Positions 9,309-18,597 of a stretch of DNA of 36,981 bases are shown piece after piece (position 1 is the stretch's first letter; every line of letters begins with the position of its first letter). The DNA is from a virus. Taxonomy: Duplodnaviria; Caudoviricetes. The notes beneath the pieces are model-generated. The model was not told the origin of the DNA and made no database searches. It was given only the letters and a program-made list of their open reading frames with translations. The DNA lies in the IMG/VR virus record IMGVR_UViG_3300020579_000026, positions 1 to 36,981 of that record. One strand, 5' to 3'. A program made the translations under genes and the position numbers.

Positions 9309-9354
9309 GGTGCCTTGTATAGCACGTAACCGAGAGCTTGTGAATCCACTTTAG

Positions 9355-12228
9355 TCACCTTTTCTTATTAAATCGAAGGCAATATCCTCCACTTACGATA
9401 GGGTTGCGAACAAGGGTACATGGCCCACCTTTATCCGGTTGCACATACATGGAACATACACCGCAGCGTTTGTCCTTGTGTGGGGAGACCTCGACGTAAC
9501 CCACGGCCGCGTGAGGGAGTTTCGGCGGACGTTCCTTGAGCGGCTTTGTCGTGTCGTGGTGTTCAAGCCAGTGCTTGAATTGTTCAATCGTCATGCTGGT
9601 CATGGCACCTAGCCGTTGACGACCTTTGCCGTCAGAAAATCCTTTCAAATATGTTTGTTTTGCTTGTTCTTCCGATCCAAAACAGAGCATCGCCTTGTGC
9701 TCGTCGAACGCGCCAGTTTCGGCATTCCTTTGATCAACAACATAAACCATTGGTGCGTTTCGATGCGGCCCCAAATAAACATCGACGTGATCCCGGTCGG
9801 CACCCTCCGTGCCCTTCACGTAGCCGTAGTGCGCGGGCATTTTCACCGCCCACGCCTTGCCGCCCTTATCCACCCCTCGCCGTTCATGGCCCTTCGCGTT
9901 TTCAATCGTGATGTCCAAACCGAACAACGACAAGTGCTCTTTTGAATAATTACCCGCGACCTTTTGCTTTTCGGTAGGTTCCCGTTCGATATTCGCGGCA
10001 TTGACCCTTCCACCATGCTGGCGTAGGATGGAGTGTCCCCTCACGGAGCCCCCGTGCGCTCTTTCTTCCTGCTTTACGCCACCGCCGTCATGCTGTTGGG
10101 GTGGTGGCCCATTAACCTTATTCTGCTGATTCTGGGCACCTGCTGGTGCGCCGGCCTCGACGGCCGTTATACCCATCTGCTTGAGCGAACCCGCGAGCTT
10201 GGTGCTGGCGAGGGCGACGGCCGCCCTGGTTGACGGCGTGGCATTGCTCTGCGCCCGGCGCACCGCCGCCTGCCACTGCTTGACCTGATTAGCGACTGTG
10301 GGCATCAGGCCGGAAACGGCTTTGGCTTCCTTCGCCTCGCCGATCTTGCCGATGACTTTGGCTGCGCCCTTACCGGCCGCCATTCCCGCAAGCTCCCCGA
10401 CGTAGGGCAAACCGAGGGTGTGCCCCATGAAACCGCCGATCACCGCCGCAGTATTGCTGGTGATCTTGTTGCCGACTTTCTGCATGAACGTTGCGGTGTT
10501 CGACCAATTGGCGCCCGACTTCGGCACTTCCAATTGCCGCATGAGATCGGCGTAACGTTGCAGCATCGCGCGCTCTTGTTGGGAAAAAACAACCTTCGCC
10601 ATTTCCTTGCCGTCGCCACTCAGAAATTGGTTGATGCGGTTGGCGACCTTGCCCGGCCCCCAGTCGGTCACGCCGGGAGGTGTTTCCGTGAGCCGAGAAA
10701 ACAAACCTTGGCGAGCGCCTACCCATTCAGGCGATTGTTCACCGAGAATCGATTTGGCCCGTTTGGCAACGTTCACATTGAGCGTCGATGGATTCACCCC
10801 CGACGACCCATAAAGAAAATCCGCCACGTCATTACCAATTGCCGCGGGATTGTTTCCTTTTCCGGTGATGCGTTCCACCACACGCCCGACCGGATCATTC
10901 TTTCCCGCCGTGAACGTCTGCCGATAATCCGCATAGGCCGCACGCGCATCGTTCCACGCTTGGACGGCTCGCGGATCGCCGGTAAATTTTCCGCCGTTGA
11001 TCGCGCCGTCTATTCTTTCGTCGAAGGCATCAATGATTGCCTGTGCAGCGCGTCCGTCCGCGGCATTACCGGTCGCATAGGCATCCCGTCGCATCGACGA
11101 AAGACGCTTGCGCATCTGGTCCACGCCCGCGAGGTTGACCCCGACGATGTTTTCAGGATTGGGTTGGCCAAACGGATCGGCCTTATTCTGGATGCGCAAT
11201 TGAGAAACGCGATTGTTGATGTCGTCGATCATGCGCGAAGCGTACGGTGTCAGCCGGTCATCGACGATCACCGGCTCCGACCGCAGGGACAAGTCACCCT
11301 TGATTCCCGATGCCATATTTTCAAACACACCGGCATGAATCTCGCCGGGCATTCCGCGGGCTACGTCATAAGCCTGTTTGACGCCAGCCTTCGCGGTCGT
11401 CGCTGCCTGTCCTATCCCAGTGGAAACGACATCACCCGCCTCTGCCGGCCCAGCCGCGATAATTTGATTGCCAAGCACGTCGAGAGACTTTGCGATGTCT
11501 CCCTGTGCCGCGACCAACTGCGCCTGCTGCTGATCGTAAAATTCCTGTGCCGCCGTTTGCGCCGGCTTCCCCGACGTACCGCGCAATGCCGCCTGCTCGC
11601 GCTGGATCGTCGAAAGATCGCCCGTCGCCTGGCCTTCGCTCAATGTCACGCCGAACGGCCCGGTGGAAGTCGGCGGACGCGGCGGTGGTGCCGGCGGTGC
11701 CGGAACCGAGGGACGAAAAACACTTCCCGCCGTTGGCATGCCCGCACGCGGTGCTACCAGCCCCAACGCGGTTTCCACTTGCGGCTCGATATCCCGCGAA
11801 ATCTGTTCGGTCGTCGGCAACACGGGATTGGGACTCAGAGTCCGTGCGATCGGTTCGCCAATCGCCTGAATGGCTTTAGCCTCAAGATCGGCAAGATAGG
11901 GCGCCGCGGTCTTGTAAGCACCCGTGATCGGAGACGCCAGCAATTCAGCACCAGCGCCAATGCCGCGCCATGTATCGCCGCCCAACGTTTCGCCTAACGT
12001 CTGGCCTTCCTTGATTTGCCGTTCACGTCCCTGTCGAAAAGACTGTGAGAACGGATTGAGCGTGCGGTTCATGGTTTCCAGCGCAGAACGCCCGGCTTCG
12101 GCGGTGTTGGCGACGTAGCCTTGGCGCGGCGCATGTGTTTCAAATGGTTTTGATGGGTCAAACGGTGGTGGCCCGGCCGAACTTGTCTCGAACGGTTGAT
12201 TCGGATCGAAAGGAGGCGGATCGGCCAT
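9355..12228 (-). CDS. Large internal virion/ejection protein with C-terminal polyvalent-protein inorganic pyrophosphatase (InPase) domain and HiPIP-like domain
   Basis: Helical body. InPase motifs PTEKQKVAGNYSKEH, IENAKG, YGYVKGTEGADRDHVDVY and FDEHKAML at about 9560-9978; terminal C-x2-C-x11-C-x12-C. Confidence 0.8.
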   Translation of the reverse strand: MADPPPFDPNQPFETSSAGPPPFDPSKPFETHAPRQGYVANTAEAGRSALETMNRTLNPFSQSFRQGRERQIKEGQTLGETLGGDTWRGIGAGAELLASPITGAYKTAAPYLADLEAKAIQAIGEPIARTLSPNPVLPTTEQISRDIEPQVETALGLVAPRAGMPTAGSVFRPSVPAPPAPPPRPPTSTGPFGVTLSEGQATGDLSTIQREQAALRGTSGKPAQTAAQEFYDQQQAQLVAAQGDIAKSLDVLGNQIIAAGPAEAGDVVSTGIGQAATTAKAGVKQAYDVARGMPGEIHAGVFENMASGIKGDLSLRSEPVIVDDRLTPYASRMIDDINNRVSQLRIQNKADPFGQPNPENIVGVNLAGVDQMRKRLSSMRRDAYATGNAADGRAAQAIIDAFDERIDGAINGGKFTGDPRAVQAWNDARAAYADYRQTFTAGKNDPVGRVVERITGKGNNPAAIGNDVADFLYGSSGVNPSTLNVNVAKRAKSILGEQSPEWVGARQGLFSRLTETPPGVTDWGPGKVANRINQFLSGDGKEMAKVVFSQQERAMLQRYADLMRQLEVPKSGANWSNTATFMQKVGNKITSNTAAVIGGFMGHTLGLPYVGELAGMAAGKGAAKVIGKIGEAKEAKAVSGLMPTVANQVKQWQAAVRRAQSNATPSTRAAVALASTKLAGSLKQMGITAVEAGAPAGAQNQQNKVNGPPPQQHDGGGVKQEERAHGGSVRGHSILRQHGGRVNAANIEREPTEKQKVAGNYSKEHLSLFGLDITIENAKGHERRGVDKGGKAWAVKMPAHYGYVKGTEGADRDHVDVYLGPHRNAPMVYVVDQRNAETGAFDEHKAMLCFGSEEQAKQTYLKGFSDGKGRQRLGAMTSMTIEQFKHWLEHHDTTKPLKERPPKLPHAAVGYVEVSPHKDKRCGVCSMYVQPDKGGPCTLVRNPIVSGGYCLRFNKKR

Positions 12229-12230
12229 GA

Positions 12231-15200
12231 CTATTGCGCCGGCCCAATCGGTTTGCCGTCAGGTGTATACCACCAGCCGTTTTGTTTGCGGCTACCGGGT
12301 GGGACTTGCGGAGTGGTGGTTTGCGCAGGCGCGGTCGTGCCACCATCGCCCCCGCCTTCCATCTGCTTCAACCGCTCATATTCATGAGGCCCGATGAGAG
12401 TCTTGAACCGTTCCGGCGTCACGCCAACCGAGAGGGCCATGTTTTCCTTGCCCTGCAACTGGCCGGTCATCAGGCGTTGCGTGGCCTTTGCCGCAGCTTC
12501 CATCTGCGGCAGACTGTTTGCTGCTGTCCACAAGGCAGTCGCCTCAGAACGATCTCTGTCGGAACCTCCACCGGCGATGCCGATGGCCTTGACGATTTCC
12601 GGCCCCATGATCTGCGCTGACGCACGCAATCCGCTTGACGCATCGGAACCGAATTCCCGCATGATCCGTTCTTGCAACGAACGCAACGTCTGCGAATGGC
12701 CAGAGATTGTTGCCTTGTCCCATTCGCGCGCATATTCCATCAAAGTATCAAGGTGCCGTTGCGCGACGCCGAGCGAGACTGTAGCGCGCCCATCCGGTCC
12801 CATGATGAACCGCAGCATGCCCGGTGCCGAACGCCACGTCTCGGACGCCTGCTCGGGCGTAATCCCGCGCGAACTGGCAAGCGCACTTGCGTAGTTGATT
12901 GCGGAATTGCCTGCCAAAGCTTGAGTGACCGCAACGGGATTATTGCCCTTGGGAATGGAAAATCCAGCCGGCAGTTTTCCGGTTTGCAAGAAATATTCAC
13001 CGGCCTGTTTGATCGCCGCAGTGGACTTGCCGCCGATCGCTTGCGGTTCTGGAACCTCCATGCCTTTTTCGACATACGGCGCATCGTGTCCGTAATTGAA
13101 CGGTTGCGCCGCCTGTGCCGCATTGGCACGCACGATTCCCACGAGATTGGGATCGGTAGAGGCAACTTTGATCGGTCCCGCTGGCGCATTGCCCACCTGA
13201 GTTGGCGAGGAAGGCAATGCCGGCTCTTGCGAAGTGGGTGTTCCCGGCGCAGGCGGAACCGGAGCAGAAGGTGATGGGCCACTGGGCGGCGTCACCGGAT
13301 TACCCTTCTGGTCGCGCGTCTCCATAGTCTTCGTGTTGAACCACAGGATTTGCCCGGTCGTGGGATCGAATGTCTGTTTCCAGTTTTCGCCCTTAGCTTC
13401 CGACTCCGCGCGAATGGTTGCTGGATCATGCGGGCCACCGGGAGTTGGAATGAGTTGTCCGTTGTCGCCGCGCGTCCAACCGAACGGCGTATCCGTCTTT
13501 TGTTTAGTGAATGTGAACTTCTCTTGTTCCAAATTCTCTTGCTTTGTCTGATGTGCAATGTTCTTCTGCACCTGTTCCGCATGCAGCGCGAGATTATCCG
13601 CCGCCTGATTTATTTTCTGTTGGGTCATCGCCTCCGCGCGCTGTTCCTTGCCCAACTGTGTATATGTTCCAAGCCCTTGCAATCCCCCTTCCCCGATCGC
13701 AACGCCGGGGAACGGACTACGCGAAGACATCATGCCGAAGCCCGCCGCCATCAACGACGGCCAGATATTCGATTGAGATGACGACCACGGCACGCTTTCG
13801 CCAGTCCCGCGCTGTACGGTCACAGGCTGCCGTTGCCCGTAGGTCGCGGCCATGCGGTCCGCAACGGGAGTCCCCGAAATCCCCGCCACGGGGGCAGACT
13901 CGGTCGAAGCAAAGGGCAGTGCCGATGGTGGAACCCCAACACCCCCTTCCCCATTGGCAATCGCCAGATCGCGCCCCTGCCGCCATGCGGCCAAGGCTTC
14001 CGGGGGAGTCTGCGCCGGCAAATCTTCGGCGGGAATCTCGACCACATCGCCGCCTTCCTGCCGGTGCATCGGCATCACGGAACCCAAGCCAAAGCCTGCG
14101 CGACGGGTCAGATCGATGCGGTTATGGGTCGGCAGACGGTCAACGATCCCCCCACGGGCATAGATTCCTTCATCCCCCAAAGGCGTAGTGGCGGGGCTCA
14201 ATCCGGGAGACTGTACCGGCCCGTCCGCAGCGGGTGCGAGCCCCATGGGAGCGCCCACAGTCGATTTTCCCAAGCCCCCCGTGCCCTTGAATGCCGATGC
14301 GATCTTCTGTGCATCCTGCACCATCTGCGTGGCGCTGGATGGGGCTGTGCCCGGAGGGGGAGGTGCTCCCCGGCCGCGGGTGATCTGCGTCTGCGGAACA
14401 AACCCCGAAATACCGCCGTAGAGCGGCTGGCCGATCATCACCGGCACCCCGCCATCGGCAAAGCCCGGAACGCGCCAGACACCATCGTCGTGCTGGTGCG
14501 CCTCGATAGCCCCGCCATGGCGGGCACCTGTAAGCCATCCACTTTTGCCAAATCCGCCCGTGCCGCCGATGACGCCGACGCCGGCAAGCCCTAACCCGCC
14601 CAACTGCGCCAGCAAGCTCGGCGGCGGCACCGTGGTCTGCGAGGTTCCCCCCATCTGCGAGCCGACCCCGGTATCTATACCCGCAAGCCATTGGGTCTGC
14701 TGGTAGGGGAAGGCTTGTTGCATGAGGAATTGGTTATACAGGGCGGCGTCAAGCTGCTGTTGGGTCTGCTGTTCGAGTGTTCCGGCTTGAACTTGCGCGC
14801 CTGCGCCGGTCAATCCGGCCTGCTGGCCTGCCACGCCCAGATTCCCGAGCGAATAGGCGCCTTGTGCTTCCTGCTGCTTTGCCGCGAGTGCAAGCTGCGC
14901 CGCCTGATTGAACCCCTGTGATTCGAGTTGGGCAATTACCGGGTCTTGCGCCATTTGCTGTTGGCCAGCGAGATTGGCTTGCGCCACGCCCACGCGGTCG
15001 CCACCGAGCGCGCCTTGCAATGCCGCGTTGCCCAGCACTTGTTGCTGCTGCTGGGCGTTGGTATTCTGAAATTGATTTTCCGTCGCTTGAACAACTTGTT
15101 GCTGCCACGGATTATAATAACCCTGAATGTCCCCCGAAGTGATCGGAGCCGCACCCATGAGCGCGAGGCGTTCGGCCACACCGATGGCCGGTTGCGCCGA

Positions 15201-15395
15201 TTCTGCGTAATTATTGATGTTGGAAATTCCGCCGTATTGTTGTTGATTGACCGGGGCTGTAAACTCGCCTGAATATGTTTGAAACGGATTGGCGTTCGCG
15301 ACCCCCTGCGAAATGCCGAGCAAGTTCTGATAGGCCCCCATCGCCGCAGCGTTCGGAGCGGTGTTGGTCGTAGTTGTATTTGTTCCCTTCGACAT
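12231..15395 (-). CDS. Internal virion/DNA-ejection (pilot-type) protein
   Basis: MSKGTNTTTTNT start, Q/A/G-rich region with GALGGDR, a Gly-rich hydrophobic segment and LMAAGFGMM; follows the GNAT, as is typical in podoviruses. Confidence 0.75.
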   Translation of the reverse strand: MSKGTNTTTTNTAPNAAAMGAYQNLLGISQGVANANPFQTYSGEFTAPVNQQQYGGISNINNYAESAQPAIGVAERLALMGAAPITSGDIQGYYNPWQQQVVQATENQFQNTNAQQQQQVLGNAALQGALGGDRVGVAQANLAGQQQMAQDPVIAQLESQGFNQAAQLALAAKQQEAQGAYSLGNLGVAGQQAGLTGAGAQVQAGTLEQQTQQQLDAALYNQFLMQQAFPYQQTQWLAGIDTGVGSQMGGTSQTTVPPPSLLAQLGGLGLAGVGVIGGTGGFGKSGWLTGARHGGAIEAHQHDDGVWRVPGFADGGVPVMIGQPLYGGISGFVPQTQITRGRGAPPPPGTAPSSATQMVQDAQKIASAFKGTGGLGKSTVGAPMGLAPAADGPVQSPGLSPATTPLGDEGIYARGGIVDRLPTHNRIDLTRRAGFGLGSVMPMHRQEGGDVVEIPAEDLPAQTPPEALAAWRQGRDLAIANGEGGVGVPPSALPFASTESAPVAGISGTPVADRMAATYGQRQPVTVQRGTGESVPWSSSQSNIWPSLMAAGFGMMSSRSPFPGVAIGEGGLQGLGTYTQLGKEQRAEAMTQQKINQAADNLALHAEQVQKNIAHQTKQENLEQEKFTFTKQKTDTPFGWTRGDNGQLIPTPGGPHDPATIRAESEAKGENWKQTFDPTTGQILWFNTKTMETRDQKGNPVTPPSGPSPSAPVPPAPGTPTSQEPALPSSPTQVGNAPAGPIKVASTDPNLVGIVRANAAQAAQPFNYGHDAPYVEKGMEVPEPQAIGGKSTAAIKQAGEYFLQTGKLPAGFSIPKGNNPVAVTQALAGNSAINYASALASSRGITPEQASETWRSAPGMLRFIMGPDGRATVSLGVAQRHLDTLMEYAREWDKATISGHSQTLRSLQERIMREFGSDASSGLRASAQIMGPEIVKAIGIAGGGSDRDRSEATALWTAANSLPQMEAAAKATQRLMTGQLQGKENMALSVGVTPERFKTLIGPHEYERLKQMEGGGDGGTTAPAQTTTPQVPPGSRKQNGWWYTPDGKPIGPAQ

Positions 15396-15398
15396 TTG

Positions 15399-15974
15399 CT
15401 AGATCATCCCCACCATGGATGCCGTTGACATCGTAACGGGCAACGCCGCGGTCTTGTCTTTGCGATGGGCAAATGTCGCCCGCCAGAAGTCCTCGTTGGA
15501 ATAATCGTCGGTCGCCCAGCGCGAGGGGGCATTGTGCACGAAGAAAGTCCCGCGCGGGTTTCCCAATACTCGCCGATAGAGTCTCACCTTGGCCGCCATT
15601 CGTTTATTTGTCAGCACGCCGATCATCAAAGGAATGCCAATTTTCTCGGCGCAGTTCTTGGCGAAGGTGATCAGAGTCTTCGCATGATCAGTGTCGCGGC
15701 AATCGGGGCGCACATAGTTGAACAATTCTTCCAGATGATCGTCGTTGGTGTACCAGAATTTTGCAAACAGAAGAAATATCATCGCCTCGATACGGCCCGG
15801 CTGTTTCCGGTCGTCGATTGCGCCGATGATGCCGCCCTGCCGATCAAACGCCCGCGCAAAGGTCCGCCGCGCGCAATCCTCGTCCAGCGACAGCATCCCG
15901 CATTCTTCGTGCATCATGTGCAACAGCCGCATGATCTCCGGTTCGTCGGCGCGGGTGGCAATGCGCGGCGTCAT
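15399..15974 (-). CDS. GNAT-fold (acetyltransferase-like) protein
   Basis: RIATRADEPEIMRLL, EELFNYVRPDCR, AKTLITFAKNCA and RLYRR. Confidence 0.75.
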   Translation of the reverse strand: MTPRIATRADEPEIMRLLHMMHEECGMLSLDEDCARRTFARAFDRQGGIIGAIDDRKQPGRIEAMIFLLFAKFWYTNDDHLEELFNYVRPDCRDTDHAKTLITFAKNCAEKIGIPLMIGVLTNKRMAAKVRLYRRVLGNPRGTFFVHNAPSRWATDDYSNEDFWRATFAHRKDKTAALPVTMSTASMVGMI

Positions 15975-16549
15975 GCGGCAACCCTCGGCAGATTCACCAA
16001 TATTGACGGGTTTCCTGCACGCCGTGAGAGTTCACGCAATACGCGCAAACATGCATGAGCGTCGGCGCGGGCCGAATGCGCGTCCTGAAGTTTGGCGCCG
16101 CAAAGTGTTTCGTGAACGAACGCCAGCGAACCGCGTCCGCAGACACGTCGCCCATGGATCATTGTACAGATGGTGCGGGTTTGATTATACCGATCCGAAA
16201 GTCCACTGCGACGGAGTTCGCCGCGAATGATTTTCGTATCGAAATGAATATTATGGGCGACGACGACGCGGCCCGTATCAACCGCCGCTCCATAGATAGC
16301 CAGTGAATAGAATACCGCGCCACCTGAGGCCAGCAGCTTTTCCGTCGACAGGCCATTGATCCGTTCGACTTCAGCCGGCATCGTCCAGCCATCCGGCTTA
16401 ATCAGTCCATTCCACTCATGTTCCAACTCCAAAGAATCGTTGACAAACAACAGCGCGCATGATGCCATGCGCGGCTGTTCCGGCGCGTCGGCGCGCAGAT
16501 GATCAAAGGTGAGACCGGTAGTCTCCGTGTCGATAACCAGATAACTCAT
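15971..16549 (-). CDS. DEDDh 3'-5' exonuclease (DnaQ/epsilon-like)
   Basis: ExoI IDTETTG, ExoII AHNIHFD and ExoIII HSARADA. Confidence 0.92.
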   Translation of the reverse strand: MSYLVIDTETTGLTFDHLRADAPEQPRMASCALLFVNDSLELEHEWNGLIKPDGWTMPAEVERINGLSTEKLLASGGAVFYSLAIYGAAVDTGRVVVAHNIHFDTKIIRGELRRSGLSDRYNQTRTICTMIHGRRVCGRGSLAFVHETLCGAKLQDAHSARADAHACLRVLRELSRRAGNPSILVNLPRVAA

Positions 16550-17631
16550 GACTTTGCCGGCGGTGGAAGCCCTTTGAGGGTGGAGATGTGTTTCTTGCGT
16601 ATCTTCATAGCAAACATATCGAGAATCTTATGGCCATTCTCCACGTCGATCGGATGGACGCCGCTTGATGCGATAATCCGACGGCCCTTTTCTATATCGC
16701 CTTCGCCCGCCCCGACCATGGCCACTTCTTCTGGCGATAGCGCGTCCTCACCACCGGCCGCAACAATCGGTACGGGTGTTCCGAGGTCGCGTCCCCTTGC
16801 TCCACCTTCCGAAGTCATCACGCCTTGTAACTTCGGCGGCTTGGGAAGTCCCATGCGATGCCCCATTTTCGGCGCAGATGCTGCGAACGGTCCGCGCCCG
16901 AACATCTTTCCGACGACCGCATAACCTGCGGAACTATTATTTTGGCCTAAGTGACTAATGGTGTCGGCCGGAAGTATATAAGAACCGGAACGAACGTTTA
17001 CGTTGTGTCTATCCGTGCGCCCTGGCACAATCGACGGAATCGGGCCAGTGTGAGAAAGCCCGCGCGCCTCATTCTTTGAAAACCACGGCATCGGCGGTCC
17101 GCCCAACGCGTACCCCCTCGCCACGCCGCCGTGTTTCGTTGACTGCGGTCCAGCCATTGAACCAGGATAACCCATTCCGGCGCCCGCGAACAATCCGCCC
17201 GGATTCCCGCCCCACTGACCACCCCCGCCGATGCCCGGCATAAGCCTTCCCAAGCCGCCCAAACCGGCACCGGTTTGCGGGGCCATCGGCGGCGCAGGCA
17301 TGGCCGCTGGCTGGCTATAGGCTGTAGGGGCAGGCGCCGTGACGGGAGGCGGGGAAAACGCGGCCACGGCCGTTGGCATGGGCGACGGAGGCGCCGCCAT
17401 TCCAAGTCCGCCGGTTTCCGGCCCACTGACTGGCGCAGCGGCCGGATTGGCAAAGCCGCCGTACTGGAAGTGAACCGGACCACCCTTTTTCTTGCCTCGC
17501 CGTTGCGTCGCGTAGGCGATCGCTAGGGCCTGTTCCCGCGATTTGACATGCTTGCTCTTGCCCACTTCTCCCATGAGGGTGCGGACGTTCTCCTTGAAGG
17601 CCGCGTCCGATTTTGACTTGTTTAATGGCAT
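16546..17631 (-). CDS. Putative internal virion protein with basic N-terminus and repeated xxxGG motifs
   Basis: ATG at 17631 (MPLNKSKS..QALAIAY); C-terminal GPI..PGRTD....GSYILPAD.IS.LG domain; Pro/Gly linker. Confidence 0.7.
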   Translation of the reverse strand: MPLNKSKSDAAFKENVRTLMGEVGKSKHVKSREQALAIAYATQRRGKKKGGPVHFQYGGFANPAAAPVSGPETGGLGMAAPPSPMPTAVAAFSPPPVTAPAPTAYSQPAAMPAPPMAPQTGAGLGGLGRLMPGIGGGGQWGGNPGGLFAGAGMGYPGSMAGPQSTKHGGVARGYALGGPPMPWFSKNEARGLSHTGPIPSIVPGRTDRHNVNVRSGSYILPADTISHLGQNNSSAGYAVVGKMFGRGPFAASAPKMGHRMGLPKPPKLQGVMTSEGGARGRDLGTPVPIVAAGGEDALSPEEVAMVGAGEGDIEKGRRIIASSGVHPIDVENGHKILDMFAMKIRKKHISTLKGLPPPAKS

Positions 17632-18002
17632 AGCGCCCGCAAGTCCTTGCCGCGCTGCAACCGGATCATCCGCAAGGCTTCGGGCATACCCCAAACCTTG
17701 CGCAGCTTCTTGTACTCCGATTCGTAGCCTTCGGGGATAGGAGCACCCCGGCGCTTATCCTGCATTTTGATCGAGGCGGCACGTTTTTTTGCCTTCACGT
17801 CGGGGCGCCTTGCTGCTTGCCGGACCTGTTCCGGTGTGGCACGGTTCTTCGCGATGAGCCGACGCAAGTGATCCTTGTGTTTTTCGCTGGCGGACACGCC
17901 AGCGATACGGCGAGCGGTAAAATTCTCATCCGCGTTGTTGGCGCGCATGCGTTCGGCCTGTGCCAAACGACGCGGACTGTCCTTCGGCCACGGCTTACCC
18001 AC
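17622..18002 (-). CDS. Basic hypothetical protein, possibly DNA-binding
   Basis: Arg/Lys-rich and helical; overlaps both neighbours. Confidence 0.6.
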   Translation of the reverse strand: MGKPWPKDSPRRLAQAERMRANNADENFTARRIAGVSASEKHKDHLRRLIAKNRATPEQVRQAARRPDVKAKKRAASIKMQDKRRGAPIPEGYESEYKKLRKVWGMPEALRMIRLQRGKDLRALCH

Positions 18003-18312
18003 GTACCAACTCCCTCTTTTCAGGCTTCTGCAACACCGCTGTTTTTTTCAACGTCGCCCGATTATAAAATCCACCCCATTCGAGCGCTGCCCAATTCTGC
18101 AACGCCAAGCGAAAACCGTCATCGTTGATTCCGAACTGCGCCGCGTCGAGCAGATCGCGCGCTGCCATCAGGCTTTCCAACAGTCTCTCATCTTGTTTGG
18201 AAAACTTCGTGACGTAAACCCCTGAACCTGAATACGCCTTGCGGTACGCTACGAGCTTTGCCTGACCGCCGCCGATGTGATCATTGATGATTTCGAGGGC
18301 GGAATTAGCCAT
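17995..18312 (-). CDS. Hypothetical protein, 105 aa
   Basis: Overlap-coupled to both neighbours. Confidence 0.65.
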   Translation of the reverse strand: MANSALEIINDHIGGGQAKLVAYRKAYSGSGVYVTKFSKQDERLLESLMAARDLLDAAQFGINDDGFRLALQNWAALEWGGFYNRATLKKTAVLQKPEKRELVRG

Positions 18313-18412
18313 TGCGACCTGACAAATAGAGAATCGCTGCGGTTATGAGAGCGGAGGCGACGCATCCGCCCAAGAGCAGCCATAGAAACCCATCCGGCAG
18401 TGGCGGTCGCAT
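18305..18412 (-). CDS. Small membrane peptide, 35 aa (MRPPLPDGFLWLLLGGCVASALITAAILYLSGRNG)
   Basis: TAATG coupling at 18412; fills the gap exactly; one hydrophobic helix. Confidence 0.55.
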   Translation of the reverse strand: MRPPLPDGFLWLLLGGCVASALITAAILYLSGRNG

Positions 18413-18597
18413 TACCCATCCCCGTTTTCGTTGGTCACGTCATCAGGATCGGCGCTCGCGTTGTAATACTTTCCCGACCACATCGGAAGTTTGAGCACCG
18501 GGTGATCCGGTATTCGATAGGCACAAGTCAAATGATGCGGCCCCGGCTGGGGATAAAAGCAACAGTCGCAAAGATCGGGCGATTTTTCGTTTGGCAT
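18412..18597 (-). CDS. Small Cys/His-rich protein, 61 aa
   Basis: TGATG coupling with the nozzle gene, GGGAGG RBS and CDCC...HH..C. Confidence 0.55.
   Translation of the reverse strand: MPNEKSPDLCDCCFYPQPGPHHLTCAYRIPDHPVLKLPMWSGKYYNASADPDDVTNENGDG

Noticed and set aside
10420-11997. 525-aa + strand ORF and other long antisense ORFs
   Set aside because: Shadow frames of GC-rich - strand genes, Arg-rich and without recognisable motifs.
18305-18412. Holin or lysis cassette
   Set aside because: Only a single-helix peptide, with no recognisable endolysin or spanin nearby.
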